Shown here: piece by piece, positions 10,140 to 20,173 of the stretch
Position numbering within the stretch: position 1 is the first letter of the stretch
How the letters are laid out: the number at the start of each line of letters is the position of its first letter
NCBI GenBank assembly: GCA_018714665.1
Contig: DVNA01000111.1
Coordinates: 1-60,887, forward strand
Direction: 5' to 3'
Length of the DNA stretch: 60,887 nucleotides
From: Candidatus Gallibacteroides avistercoris
GTDB taxonomy: Bacteria > Bacteroidota > Bacteroidia > Bacteroidales > CHK158-818
The notes under the pieces: model-generated
The model's database searches: none
What the model was told of the DNA's origin: nothing
The model's input: the letters and a program-made list of their open reading frames with translations, nothing else
Made by a program: the position numbers and the translations under genes

Positions 10140-11039
10140 TCAGATGGTTTCAGTACCGAGTTTTATCGGTTCCAAAATCCTTGGTTGCAGACAATCGGCT
10201 TCTGCTATATCATTTTCCGATACCGGTTCTTCAATATTTTCCGGGGCCTGTTCTTGCTGTGTTTCTTGCGGGATAATTTGTGCTTCCATGAGTTTTTCTA
10301 AAAACCCTTTTTCTTTTCTGATTTTTTCCAAGGCCATTTTAGCGGCATGCTGCTGCGATTCTTTTTTGGAATATCCTATTCCGATACCTCCGGATACTCC
10401 GCAGATAAGCGCCTGGGATTGAAAAACGGGATTATTCTGACTATCCACGAACGAATCCACCAAAGCAAACTGTACTTCCAATTTCTGCTTTTGGGCCCAC
10501 TCTATCAGTTTCGATTTAAAATTAACCTCCTTGTGTACAATCTTTTTCAAATCTACATAAGGGGTAATAACCTTTTCTTCTACAAATTTCTTACAGGTAT
10601 CGTATCCCTGATCTATGTAAATGGCACCGATAAAGGCTTCGAAGGCATTCCCGTAAATGTAACTGTTGTGTGAACAGGAGTGCGAGGCGGAGACAATCAA
10701 TTTGTCCAGCCCCAGACTCACGGCCAATTTATTCAAATTTTCCCGTTGGACGATTTTTGAACGGGTATTGGTCAGGAAACCCTCTTTTTTATTTTCAAAT
10801 TTCCGGAACAACAGGTCAGCTACAATCGAATCGAGTACGGCATCTCCCAGAAATTCAAGTCTTTCATTATTTATCCACTTTCCCTCGTCGGTACGCACTG
10901 ACGAAGATCGGTGTAAAAAGGCCTGTTCGTACAGGTGAACATCATTGGGACAGAATCCCAATATCTTGTAATAATGCGAATAAGGCTCTTTGTGCTTACG
11001 CCCAAAAAGCCTTATCTTATGAAAAAGCGTTTTAAACAC
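10140..11039 (-). CDS. rnc: Ribonuclease III
   Basis: 299 aa. GTG start 10 nt after the fabF stop; no in-frame ATG before the conserved N-terminus. RNase III signature ERLEFLGDAVLD, dsRBD, then an acidic C-terminal extension. Confidence 0.9.
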   Translation of the reverse strand: MFKTLFHKIRLFGRKHKEPYSHYYKILGFCPNDVHLYEQAFLHRSSSVRTDEGKWINNERLEFLGDAVLDSIVADLLFRKFENKKEGFLTNTRSKIVQRENLNKLAVSLGLDKLIVSASHSCSHNSYIYGNAFEAFIGAIYIDQGYDTCKKFVEEKVITPYVDLKKIVHKEVNFKSKLIEWAQKQKLEVQFALVDSFVDSQNNPVFQSQALICGVSGGIGIGYSKKESQQHAAKMALEKIRKEKGFLEKLMEAQIIPQETQQEQAPENIEEPVSENDIAEADCLQPRILEPIKLGTETI

Positions 11040-11049
11040 GGAAATACGG

Positions 11050-12309
11050 TTATTTAAAACGTTTAACGATTACACTCGCATTATGACCGCCAAAACCGAA
11101 AGTATTGGACAACGCTGCATTTACTTCCCGTTTTTGGGCTTTATTGAACGTAAAGTTCAATTTATAGTCTATTTCCGGATCTTCATCTCCCTCTTCGTGG
11201 TTAATGGTGGGAGGGATGATACCTTCTTCGATGGTCTTTACACATATCATCGCTTCCAAAGCGCCTGTTGCTCCGAGCAGGTGACCGGTCATCGATTTGG
11301 TAGAACTGATATTCAGTTTATAGGCATTTTCGCCAAAAACCTCTTTAATCGCCTTGACTTCGGAGATATCTCCTACCGGAGTGGATGTTCCGTGTACATT
11401 GATATAATCAATCTCTTCGGGTTTCATTCCGGCATCTTCCAACGCGTTTCTCATCACCAATTTCGCGCCCTTTCCTTCCGGATGACTGGCCGTTAAATGA
11501 TATGCATCGGCCGACGTTCCACCGCCTGCTACCTCTGCATATATTTTAGCTCCACGAGCCAGGGCATGATCCAATTCTTCCAGTATCAAGCATATACCGC
11601 CTTCACCCATAACGAATCCGTCGCGGCTGGCGCTGAACGGACGAGAGGCTTTTTGCGGTTCGTCATTCCGGGTGGAGATGGCGTGCATGGCGTTAAAGCC
11701 TCCTACTCCGGCTACCGAGATAGCGGCTTCGGCTCCTCCGGTTACCATCACGTCGGCCTTGCCCAAACGAATCTGGTCGAAAGCGGAGATGATGGCATTG
11801 GTAGAAGAGGCACAAGCCGATACCGTAGCATAATTTGGACCGCAAAGACCGTACATCATGGAGATGTGTCCGGCTGCAATGTCGGCAATCATTTTCGGGA
11901 TAAAGAACGGATTGAATTTCGGGCCGGCTTCGGGATGTTGAAAATAATATCCTACCTCCTGTTCAAAGGTACGAATACCACCGATACCCGCCGCAAAGAT
12001 GACTCCTGCCTTATCTTTATTCAACTTATCCATGTCGAAGTTGGCATCTTCCATGGCTTCTTTGGCAGCAGCAACGGCAAATTGAGCATAAAGGTCAAAT
12101 TTGCGAAGCTCTTTTCTGTCAAAATATTTGGAAGCATCGAAGTTTTTCACTTCGCACGCGAATTGTGTTTTGAACAAAGATGCATCAAAATGAGTAATAG
12201 GTCCAGCACCGCTTACTCCGTTAATCAGGGCATTCCACGTATCTTTTACGTTATTGCCCAAGGGGGTAATCGCTCCCAGACCTGTTACTACTACTCTTTT
12301 TAATTTCAT
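11050..12309 (-). CDS. fabF: Beta-ketoacyl-ACP synthase II
   Basis: 419 aa; active-site SACASSTNAI, HGTSTPVGD, GHLLGATG. Confidence 0.95.
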   Translation of the reverse strand: MKLKRVVVTGLGAITPLGNNVKDTWNALINGVSGAGPITHFDASLFKTQFACEVKNFDASKYFDRKELRKFDLYAQFAVAAAKEAMEDANFDMDKLNKDKAGVIFAAGIGGIRTFEQEVGYYFQHPEAGPKFNPFFIPKMIADIAAGHISMMYGLCGPNYATVSACASSTNAIISAFDQIRLGKADVMVTGGAEAAISVAGVGGFNAMHAISTRNDEPQKASRPFSASRDGFVMGEGGICLILEELDHALARGAKIYAEVAGGGTSADAYHLTASHPEGKGAKLVMRNALEDAGMKPEEIDYINVHGTSTPVGDISEVKAIKEVFGENAYKLNISSTKSMTGHLLGATGALEAMICVKTIEEGIIPPTINHEEGDEDPEIDYKLNFTFNKAQKREVNAALSNTFGFGGHNASVIVKRFK

Positions 12310-12329
12310 ACCTGAAAGGGTAATTTCGA

Positions 12330-12566
12330 TTATTTCGTGTTAGCTTCAATATAAGAAATAGCGTCGCCCACTGTTCCTATTTTTTCAGCTTGTTCGTCGG
12401 GAATAGTGATAGAGAATTCTTTTTCAAATTCCATGATCAATTCCACGGTGTCAAGAGAATCAGCTCCCAAATCATTGGTGAAGCTTGCTTCGGGGGTAAC
12501 TTCTGATTCTTCAACTCCCAATTTATCAACGATAATCGCTTTTACTCTTGATGCAATTTCAGACAT
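12330..12566 (-). CDS. acpP: Acyl carrier protein
   Basis: 78 aa; phosphopantetheine site [13 protein letters not shown]; directly upstream of fabF. Confidence 0.95.
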   Translation of the reverse strand: MSEIASRVKAIIVDKLGVEESEVTPEASFTNDLGADSLDTVELIMEFEKEFSITIPDEQAEKIGTVGDAISYIEANTK

Positions 12567-12700
12567 AACTTTCGATTTTTAGTTAATTAATAGATTTACT
12601 TTCTTATTTTTGTAGTGCAAAGGAATATATTTTCTGCAAACAAAAAAAATATTTCCGGCAGAATTTCTCAAAAACTGCACACTTTTACTTGTTTTGTGCA

Positions 12701-12708
12701 TATTTTTG
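12701..12708 (+). promoter_or_regulatory. -7 box TATTTTTG for purN
   Basis: Exact match 61 nt upstream of ATG 12769. Confidence 0.4.
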
Positions 12709-12768
12709 GAGCAAAATTCTCCCAAATGGAACTTTTTTGAGGCAGGAAATCGAAACATCGCAGTCAAT

Positions 12769-13344
12769 ATGAAAAGAAAAATTGCCATTTTTGCCTCCGG
12801 AACGGGTAGTAATGCCCTGAATTTAATCACCTATTTTTCGGAACATCCTCTGGCCGAGGTTGTCCTACTCGTTTCCAACAATCCCAATGCAGGGGCGTTG
12901 CAACACGCCGCACGCCTGAACGTACCCTCTGCGGTTTTCGACAAAGCGGCATTCAACCGTCCCGAGATTATCCTCTCCTGTTTACAGCAACACGGTATCG
13001 ACCTGATCGTATTGGCGGGATTTCTGCTGCATATCCCCACCTTCCTGGTAGAGGCTTTTCCCCAAAGCATCATCAACCTGCATCCGGCGCTCCTGCCCAA
13101 GTTCGGGGGCAAGGGAATGTACGGTATGCATGTGCACCGGGCGGTTAAGGAGGCGGGCGAAACCCTTACCGGCATCACGATACATTATATAAATGAGCAT
13201 TACGACGAAGGGATGATTATTGCCCAATACAGCTGCCCGGTGGAGGCCGACGACACGCCCGAGACAATTGCCCAGAAGGTACACCGGCTGGAATACCGCT
13301 ACTACCCCTTGGTCATAGAACAGCTCCTGTCAGCTGCCGAATAA
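12769..13344 (+). CDS. purN: Phosphoribosylglycinamide formyltransferase
   Basis: Track ORF starts at 12694. I use ATG 12769 (MKRKIAIFASGTGSNA...), downstream of the TATTTTTG box at 12701-12708. INLHPALLPKFGGKGMYG motif. Confidence 0.9.
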   Translation: MKRKIAIFASGTGSNALNLITYFSEHPLAEVVLLVSNNPNAGALQHAARLNVPSAVFDKAAFNRPEIILSCLQQHGIDLIVLAGFLLHIPTFLVEAFPQSIINLHPALLPKFGGKGMYGMHVHRAVKEAGETLTGITIHYINEHYDEGMIIAQYSCPVEADDTPETIAQKVHRLEYRYYPLVIEQLLSAAE

Positions 13345-13422
13345 CAGCGAACAGAACGTAAAAGAGGAAGAAGAGTATCCCAATAGACGATAGCTCCCTT
13401 CCCTATCGTTAGCCTTTCCGCA

Positions 13423-14538
13423 TCATCCCAAGCGAAATCCCAACTTTTCCAGAACCGGCTTTTCGTTATCGGTGTATCCCTGTACAGCATATGCAGCGGC
13501 TTCCCTTCGCAACCCGTAATTTCCCCGTAACGTTTCAAAATCGGCGGGCGAGGCTTTCAACCGTCGGCAATCCGTCATCGGGTCGTAGGTAGCCAGCAAT
13601 GCCCTTCCCACCCGGAAACCGGAGAGACCTGACAAATCGACCACCGGGTTTTCCGGTTCGGGCACGGCAACGGCAGGCGACAGCTCCCAACCGAAAAAGC
13701 GGGCTATCTCCCGCAGCATCGTACGCGTGGCATTGGCCTTCCCGTCGGCCGAATATCCGGCAATGTGGGGAGTCGCTACATAGGCGCGTTCCAGCAACCG
13801 GGCGTCGATACGGGGTTCTCCCTCCCAGCAATCGATCACGGCATCGCTCACCCGGTTATCCGAAAGAGCTTTTAACAAGGACCGGGTATCCAACACCTCG
13901 CCCCGGGCTGTATTGACCACCACCGGCCGTTTTTTCACCCCGGCAAAAAAGGCTTCACCCGCTAAATGAAAGGTAGGCCACGAACCCTCGTGCGTGAGCG
14001 GTGTATGGAGCGAGATGATGTCGCACTCCTGCGCTATCTGCTCCAAGGAGACAAAGCCCTCTCTCCCCTCGTTTGCCTCCCGGGGAGGGTCGTTCAACAG
14101 TACCCGCATTCCCAAGGCACGGCACATCCGTTCCACTTGCGTACCGACGTGACCCACGCCTACGATGCCGATACACCGGTCAGTTACCTCAAAGCCATCG
14201 CGCAGGGCGAGACTCGCCACTACCGACGAGACATACTGGGCTACCGATACCGCGTTACAACCGGGAGCATTCTTCCATACAATGCCACGGGCCTCGCAAT
14301 ACGGGATATCGATGTGGTCGGTACCGATGGTGGCCGTACCGATAAAGCGGACGGAGGAGCCGTCCAGCAACCGTTCGTCGCACCGGGTACGGGTACGGAC
14401 AATCAACGCATCGGCATCGGACACCGCTTGCCGCGTAATCTGTACCGGCGGCAGGTAACAGACCCGGGCAAAAGGTTCCAACAGACCCCGGATAAAGGGA
14501 ATCTTGTCATCTATAACAATCTTCACGCTATTTTTCAT
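13423..14538 (-). CDS. pdxB: 4-phosphoerythronate dehydrogenase
   Basis: 371 aa; D-2-hydroxyacid dehydrogenase fold (GIVGVGHVG NAD motif) with a PdxB-type N-terminus (VIDDKIPF). Confidence 0.85.
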   Translation of the reverse strand: MKNSVKIVIDDKIPFIRGLLEPFARVCYLPPVQITRQAVSDADALIVRTRTRCDERLLDGSSVRFIGTATIGTDHIDIPYCEARGIVWKNAPGCNAVSVAQYVSSVVASLALRDGFEVTDRCIGIVGVGHVGTQVERMCRALGMRVLLNDPPREANEGREGFVSLEQIAQECDIISLHTPLTHEGSWPTFHLAGEAFFAGVKKRPVVVNTARGEVLDTRSLLKALSDNRVSDAVIDCWEGEPRIDARLLERAYVATPHIAGYSADGKANATRTMLREIARFFGWELSPAVAVPEPENPVVDLSGLSGFRVGRALLATYDPMTDCRRLKASPADFETLRGNYGLRREAAAYAVQGYTDNEKPVLEKLGFRLG

Positions 14539-14565
14539 ACCATTATTATATACCTAATCCGAAAG

Positions 14566-14573
14566 CAAATGTA
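14566..14573 (-). promoter_or_regulatory. -7 box TACATTTG for pdxB
   Basis: Exact match 28 nt upstream of ATG 14538. Confidence 0.5.
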
Positions 14574-14697
14574 CGGATAATCGGACGAATAAAAGCATAT
14601 TCCGGCACATATTCAAAAATATTACCCCACAAGGAGGTCTATTTTTCAAAGAAAAAACACTATCTTCGTTAGTCGAAACCACAGATGCTTTCCAGGG

Positions 14698-16158
14698 ATG
14701 CTAAAACAACAGTTACAACAGAAACTACAACAGAAACTCTCTCCGCAGCAGATACAGGTCATCCGCCTGCTGGAACTGACCACCGCTGAATTTGAAGAGC
14801 GGGTAAAGCAGGAGCTGGTAGAGAATCCCGCTTTGGAGGAGGGTCCTTCCCAACCCGACGAAAAAGACCCGGTAGCAGAAAACGACACGCCCGAGAACGA
14901 GAGTGAGGGCAACAACGACAGCGAAGACCTCTCTCTGGGAGACTATTACAGCGAAGACGACATCCCCGAATACAAACTGGAAGAGCAGCGAGCCCGGGCC
15001 GAACGGCGCGAAGAGATACCCTTTTCGGGTGGCTCCACGTTCCACGACTACCTGCTCAAACAACTGGGCGAGCGCCAACTCAGCGAAGAGCAATACAAAA
15101 TAGCCGAATACATCGTAGGCAACATTGACGATGACGGTTATTTGCGCCGCGACCTGAACGACATCTCGAACGACATCGTCTTCCAAACCTCGATAGACGT
15201 CCCTGCCGAACAGCTGATCAATTATTTACAGATCATCCAGGAGTTCGATCCACCGGGAGTAGGCGCGCGCAATTTGCAGGAGTGCCTGACCATCCAGCTC
15301 AAACACCGGCCTGCCAATACACAGACCATACTGGCCGGCAAGATCATACAAAATTACTTTGAAGATTTTTCCAAGAAACATTACGACAAGATCATCCGGC
15401 AGTTGGAGATCACCCCGGAGGAGTTGAAATCGGCCATTCAGGAGATTATGACGCTCAACCCCAAGCCTGGTAACCAATGGGAAGAAGAAGGACACAACAG
15501 CAACATTCCCATCATCCCCGACTTTACGGTAGAGACGCAAGACGGCGAACTCTACCTGAGCCTGAACAGTGGCAACATCCCACAACTGAAAGTAAGCCGC
15601 AACTACACCGAGATGCTCGAAGACTACAACCACAATACCGCCAACCAGACACGCGAGAAACGGGACGCACTGCTCTTCGTAAAGCAGAAGATTGAATCCG
15701 CCCAGTGGTTTATCGACGCCATCCAGCAGCGACAACAGACCCTGCTCAAAACCATGCAGGCCATCGTCGAGCTGCAACGCGAATTTTTCCTCACCGGAGA
15801 CGAGATGACCTTGAAGCCAATGATTCTCAAAGACCTGGCCCAAAAAGCCGGATTGGACGTCTCCACCGTATCGCGGGTAAGCAACAGCAAATACGTGCAG
15901 ACCAACTTCGGCATATTCCCCTTGAAATTCTTCTTCGGCGAGTTGGTTCAGAACAGCTCCGGCAAGGAGTTCTCCGTCCGCGAGATAAAGGCCATGTTAC
16001 AATCGTTCATCGACGGAGAAGACAAGAAAAACCCGCTGGCCGACGACCGCCTGTGCGAACTCATGCAGGAACAGGGGGTCTCCATCGCCCGGCGTACCGT
16101 AGCCAAATACCGAGAACAGCTGGGGTATCCAGTTGCCCGGTTGCGCAAAGAGATTTAA
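14698..16158 (+). CDS. rpoN: RNA polymerase sigma-54 factor
   Basis: 486 aa; Gln/Leu-rich region I, acidic region II, C-terminal HTH and RpoN box (ARRTVAKYREQL). Confidence 0.93.
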   Translation: MLKQQLQQKLQQKLSPQQIQVIRLLELTTAEFEERVKQELVENPALEEGPSQPDEKDPVAENDTPENESEGNNDSEDLSLGDYYSEDDIPEYKLEEQRARAERREEIPFSGGSTFHDYLLKQLGERQLSEEQYKIAEYIVGNIDDDGYLRRDLNDISNDIVFQTSIDVPAEQLINYLQIIQEFDPPGVGARNLQECLTIQLKHRPANTQTILAGKIIQNYFEDFSKKHYDKIIRQLEITPEELKSAIQEIMTLNPKPGNQWEEEGHNSNIPIIPDFTVETQDGELYLSLNSGNIPQLKVSRNYTEMLEDYNHNTANQTREKRDALLFVKQKIESAQWFIDAIQQRQQTLLKTMQAIVELQREFFLTGDEMTLKPMILKDLAQKAGLDVSTVSRVSNSKYVQTNFGIFPLKFFFGELVQNSSGKEFSVREIKAMLQSFIDGEDKKNPLADDRLCELMQEQGVSIARRTVAKYREQLGYPVARLRKEI

Positions 16159-16174
16159 AACCAGATTTGACGTT

Positions 16175-16789
16175 ATGAAATTTTTAGCCCGTTTTTTTTC
16201 GACCATTCTACATCCGTTGTTCATGCCCTATTACGGCATAACCCTCATTTTTATCTTCTCCTACATGCAAATCTATCCCGCCCAGATCAAGCTGACGGTA
16301 GCCCTAAGCATACTGGGTCTTACCGGACTATTGCCGGGCATCGGCATCTTTGCACTGTACAAATTCAAGCAGATTCAATCGGTAGGGTTGAATAACCGCA
16401 AGGAGCGATTGATACCTTATCTCATAACGGTTATTTCGTACGGCAGCGGCGCCTTTTTCCTCTACAAGGTAGGAATGCCGTACTGGGTACTGGCCTTTGT
16501 AGGGGGAGGTATCCTCGCGTTGCTGATCGACATGGCCGTCAACTTCGGGTGGAAAATCAGCGCTCACATGACCGGCATAGGCGGACTCATCGGGTTGGCA
16601 CTGGCCCTGAGCACCATCCAGTCCATCTTTCCTCAAACCCTGCTGGTGGGCCTCATCCTGGGCGCCGGCATACTAGGCACCTCGCGCATATACCTCGACC
16701 GACACACCTTTTGGCAGGTCATTGCCGGCGTCTTGAACGGAATGGTTTGTGTTTATTGGGCCATTTTGTTGACAATTCGCTATCTTTGA
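16175..16789 (+). CDS. PAP2-family membrane phosphatase
   Basis: Start trimmed to ATG 16175 (MKFLARFF...), which avoids overlap with rpoN. Multi-pass membrane protein with SAHM...SRIYLDRHTFWQVIAG acid-phosphatase motifs. Confidence 0.7.
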   Translation: MKFLARFFSTILHPLFMPYYGITLIFIFSYMQIYPAQIKLTVALSILGLTGLLPGIGIFALYKFKQIQSVGLNNRKERLIPYLITVISYGSGAFFLYKVGMPYWVLAFVGGGILALLIDMAVNFGWKISAHMTGIGGLIGLALALSTIQSIFPQTLLVGLILGAGILGTSRIYLDRHTFWQVIAGVLNGMVCVYWAILLTIRYL

Positions 16790-16822
16790 AAAAATTTTCC
16801 AAACCCTTAAAACAGATACACT

Positions 16823-17203
16823 ATGAATTTTCCAGACAACATCAAGTACACACGGGAACATGAGTGGATTCGTCTCGCAGGCGAAACCGCTTACGTAGGT
16901 ATTTCCGATTTCGCACAAGAAGAGTTGGGCGAAATCGTCTATGTCGATATCACCAGCCAGGGCGAGAGCCTCGGACAAGGCGAGACCTTCGGTACCATCG
17001 AAGCGGTCAAGACCGTTTCCGACCTGTTCATGCCCGTAGGCGGCACCGTCGAAGAGGTCAACCCGGCGTTGGAAGATCAGCCGGAGCTCGTCAACCAAGA
17101 CCCCTACGGAGAAGGGTGGTTGATCAAGATCACCGTCAGCGACGCGCAGGAGATAGAGCAACTGCTCTCTGCCGACCAATACAAAGCACTCATAGGCAAA
17201 TAA
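16823..17203 (+). CDS. gcvH: Glycine cleavage system protein H
   Basis: 126 aa; lipoyl-lysine motif GTIEAVKTVSDL. Confidence 0.93.
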   Translation: MNFPDNIKYTREHEWIRLAGETAYVGISDFAQEELGEIVYVDITSQGESLGQGETFGTIEAVKTVSDLFMPVGGTVEEVNPALEDQPELVNQDPYGEGWLIKITVSDAQEIEQLLSADQYKALIGK

Positions 17204-17207
17204 CGAC

Positions 17208-17723
17208 ATGAAGAACCTTACACCGTTAGTCAGCATCATCATGGGCAGCACTTCCGACCTGCCCATCATGGAGAAGGCGGCAGCGTTGCTCAACCAGTTC
17301 GAGATACCGTTTGAAATGAACGCCCTCTCGGCCCACCGCACGCCTGCCGAAGTAGAGAAATTCGCCCGCGAGGCCAAAGGCCGTGGGTTACAGGTAATCA
17401 TCGCCGCCGCCGGTATGGCGGCCCACCTGCCGGGAGTCATTGCCGCGATGACGCCCCTGCCGGTTATCGGCGTCCCCATCAAATCCAGTTTAGAGGGAGT
17501 CGATGCCCTCTACGCCATCGTACAGATGCCTCCGGGCATCCCCGTAGCCACGGTAGGCATCAATGCCTCGCTCAACGCAGCCATCCTGGCGATACAGATG
17601 TTATCGCTCCGCGACAGCGCCATTGCGCAAAAGTTCGAGGCCTACAAAGCCGGGTTGGCCCAGAAGATTGTAGAGGCCAACAAGGAGTTAGCCAAAATAG
17701 AGTATCCCTACAAAACCAACTGA
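17208..17723 (+). CDS. purE: 5-(carboxyamino)imidazole ribonucleotide mutase
   Basis: 171 aa; IMGSTSDL and AAGMAAHLPGV motifs. Confidence 0.93.
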   Translation: MKNLTPLVSIIMGSTSDLPIMEKAAALLNQFEIPFEMNALSAHRTPAEVEKFAREAKGRGLQVIIAAAGMAAHLPGVIAAMTPLPVIGVPIKSSLEGVDALYAIVQMPPGIPVATVGINASLNAAILAIQMLSLRDSAIAQKFEAYKAGLAQKIVEANKELAKIEYPYKTN

Positions 17724-17752
17724 CGGTTTTGCGGGGAAGATAACCAGGAGGG

Positions 17753-17793
17753 CCATCCCGCCCCCGGGAGCTTTTTGCCGGGGAGCGGGATGG
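17753..17793 (+). other. GC-rich 15-bp hairpin in the purE-ispG spacer
   Basis: CCATCCCGC-CCCCGG-(10-nt loop)-CCGGGG-A-GCGGGATGG; 9 + 6 bp with one bulged A; no U-tract. Confidence 0.6.
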
Positions 17794-17815
17794 CAACTAT
17801 AAACACACCCGGGAT

Positions 17816-19588
17816 ATGAGTTACTTTAATTACTGCCGGCGGAAAAGCTCGGAAGTAGCCATCGGGCACACGCCGTTGGGAGGGGACAATCCCCTCCGCA
17901 TCCAGTCCATGACCAATACCTCGACGCTCGACACCGCATCGAGCGTCGAGCAGTGCATCCGCATCATCGATGCCGGAGCCGATTACGTCCGGCTCACGGC
18001 ACAGGGCGAACGGGAGGCACGCAACCTGGGCGAGATACGCCGGGAACTCGACCGACGCGGCTACCGTACCCCGCTGATAGCCGACATCCACTTCAACCCC
18101 AAAGCCGCCTACGAGGCCGCCCGGCAGGTAGAGAAGGTGCGCATCAACCCGGGGAACTTCGTCGATAGCGCCCGTACCTTCAAGAAAATAGAGTTTACCG
18201 ACCAGGAGTACGCGCAGGAGATCGAGAAGATACGAAAACGGTTCGTCCCCTTTCTGGACATCTGCCGCCAACACGGCACGGCCATCCGCATCGGGGTAAA
18301 CCACGGTTCCCTCTCCGACCGCATCATGAGCCGGTACGGCGACACCCCCGAGGGGATGGTCGAGTCGTGTTTGGAGTTTTTACGCATCTGCCAATCCGAA
18401 GATTTCCGTAACGTGGTCATCTCCATCAAGGCCTCCAACACTGGGGTGATGGTGCGCACGGTACGGTTGCTGGTGCGCGAGATGGAACGCGAGCAGATGC
18501 ACTATCCGTTACACCTGGGAGTAACCGAGGCGGGCGACGGCGAAGAGGGGCGCATCAAGTCGGCCGTCGGCATCGGGGCGTTGCTGGCCGACGGCATCGG
18601 CGACACCATCCGCGTATCGTTGAGCGAGAGCCCCGAAGCAGAGATACCCGTCGCCCGCCAGCTGGCCTCCTACATCGCCCGGCGTTCCGGGCACGCCCCC
18701 ATCGACGGACAACTGGCCCCCGGATACGACTATTGCAACCCCCTGCGCCGCATCTCCCGGAAAGTAGGTATCATCGGCGGAGGACAGGCGCCCGTGGTCG
18801 TAGCCCCGGCAGGAACCTCCGGAGGCGAGTCGCAACCCGACTTCCAGCTCCTCCCCACCGGCCAGCTCACCGATGGTACGACTACCTACCCGCTATGGAG
18901 GTTGGAAGAACCCGACCCGATCACCCCACCGGACGCCCCGCATTTCCTCCTGCTCGACTGCAACGAGCTTACCAGCCAGACGGCCGCCCGCATCAGGGCC
19001 CTCCCCGACACGGTACTCGTTGTCCGCACCTCGCATCCCAACTGTGTAGGCGAATGGCGTATGTTTTTTCATCGAGCCATGCTCTTCGGTATTGAAAATC
19101 CGGTCATCCTCACCAAAGAGTACGACGAATCCGAGGAGGAATCGTTACAGCTGAAAGCGGCAGCCGACTTCGGGGCGCTCTTCCTGGACGGTTTCGGCGA
19201 CGGAATCTGGATACAGAACCGGCAACCGACACGGATAGATACCGCCAAAACGGCCTTTGCCATCTTGCAGGCCGTCCGGCTGCGGATAACCCGAACCGAG
19301 TACATCTCCTGTCCCGGTTGCGGGCGTACCCTTTTCAACCTGCAAGAGACCATCGCCCGCATCAAAGCGGCCACCCAGGGACAGACGGGGTTGAAGATAG
19401 GCATCATGGGCTGTATCGTCAACGGCCCGGGCGAAATGGCCGATGCCGACTACGGCTACGTGGGGGCCGGGCGCGGAAAGGTCAGCCTCTACAAGGGAAA
19501 AACGTGCGTAGAGCAGCACATAGACGAGTCGCTGGCCGTAGAGAAACTGATTGAACTGATCCGAACAAACGGAGACTGGAAAGCGTAA
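17816..19588 (+). CDS. ispG: 4-hydroxy-3-methylbut-2-en-1-yl diphosphate synthase (long form with inserted domain)
   Basis: 590 aa; TIM-barrel N-domain, central insertion, C-terminal 4Fe-4S domain (ISCPGCGRT, MGCIVNGPGE). Confidence 0.9.
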   Translation: MSYFNYCRRKSSEVAIGHTPLGGDNPLRIQSMTNTSTLDTASSVEQCIRIIDAGADYVRLTAQGEREARNLGEIRRELDRRGYRTPLIADIHFNPKAAYEAARQVEKVRINPGNFVDSARTFKKIEFTDQEYAQEIEKIRKRFVPFLDICRQHGTAIRIGVNHGSLSDRIMSRYGDTPEGMVESCLEFLRICQSEDFRNVVISIKASNTGVMVRTVRLLVREMEREQMHYPLHLGVTEAGDGEEGRIKSAVGIGALLADGIGDTIRVSLSESPEAEIPVARQLASYIARRSGHAPIDGQLAPGYDYCNPLRRISRKVGIIGGGQAPVVVAPAGTSGGESQPDFQLLPTGQLTDGTTTYPLWRLEEPDPITPPDAPHFLLLDCNELTSQTAARIRALPDTVLVVRTSHPNCVGEWRMFFHRAMLFGIENPVILTKEYDESEEESLQLKAAADFGALFLDGFGDGIWIQNRQPTRIDTAKTAFAILQAVRLRITRTEYISCPGCGRTLFNLQETIARIKAATQGQTGLKIGIMGCIVNGPGEMADADYGYVGAGRGKVSLYKGKTCVEQHIDESLAVEKLIELIRTNGDWKA

Positions 19589-19619
19589 TTACAGCAACTA
19601 CATAAAAACAGATACAGAG

Positions 19620-20006
19620 ATGACACTCGACATAGCAGAAAAAAGAATAGACAAATTCATCATGGTGGGCGACAAGCTGTTAATCAAGCCCAAGAACCCC
19701 CAGAGCCAGACAAAGAGCGGGTTATACCTGCCGCCCTCGGTACAGGAAGGCGAAAAGATACAGAGCGGCTACGTTGTAAAAGCCGGTCCGGGATTTCCCA
19801 TTCCCGCCGTCACCGAAGAGGAGGAGGTGTGGAAAAAGAGAGAACACGAACAGGTACATTACCTTCCGTTGCAAGCCAAGGAGGGCGACCTGGCCATATT
19901 CCTGCAAAACGCGGCCTACGAAATATCGTTCGACGACGAAAAATACCTGATCGTCCCCCACTCGGCCGTCATCATGCTCATACGCGACGAGGAGCTGTTC
20001 GAGTAA
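19620..20006 (+). CDS. GroES-family (chaperonin-10-like) protein, long orphan form
   Basis: 128 aa; MVGDKLLIKP...KSGLYLP...GYVVKAGPG pattern resembles Cpn10, but it is longer than GroES and no groEL is adjacent. Confidence 0.55.
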   Translation: MTLDIAEKRIDKFIMVGDKLLIKPKNPQSQTKSGLYLPPSVQEGEKIQSGYVVKAGPGFPIPAVTEEEEVWKKREHEQVHYLPLQAKEGDLAIFLQNAAYEISFDDEKYLIVPHSAVIMLIRDEELFE

Positions 20007-20173
20007 GGAACCGCCCCTTCTGCGTTTTTAAGTCCGGCACCCTTCATGCCCGGCAGCCCGTTTGCCGGGGCGGAGAGGGTTGTTTTTGCCTCCCCCGGTC
20101 TCAGGAAAGATGGCCGCCTGCACCGTCCGGAAATTTTTTTAACGCGCTTCCGAGCGCTGTTCCGCAGTTACGG

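Noticed and set aside
12579-12830. 83-codon minus-strand ORF upstream of acpP
   Set aside because: It overlaps the purN start and the divergent promoter region. The sequence is K/F-rich and looks like translated AT-rich spacer.
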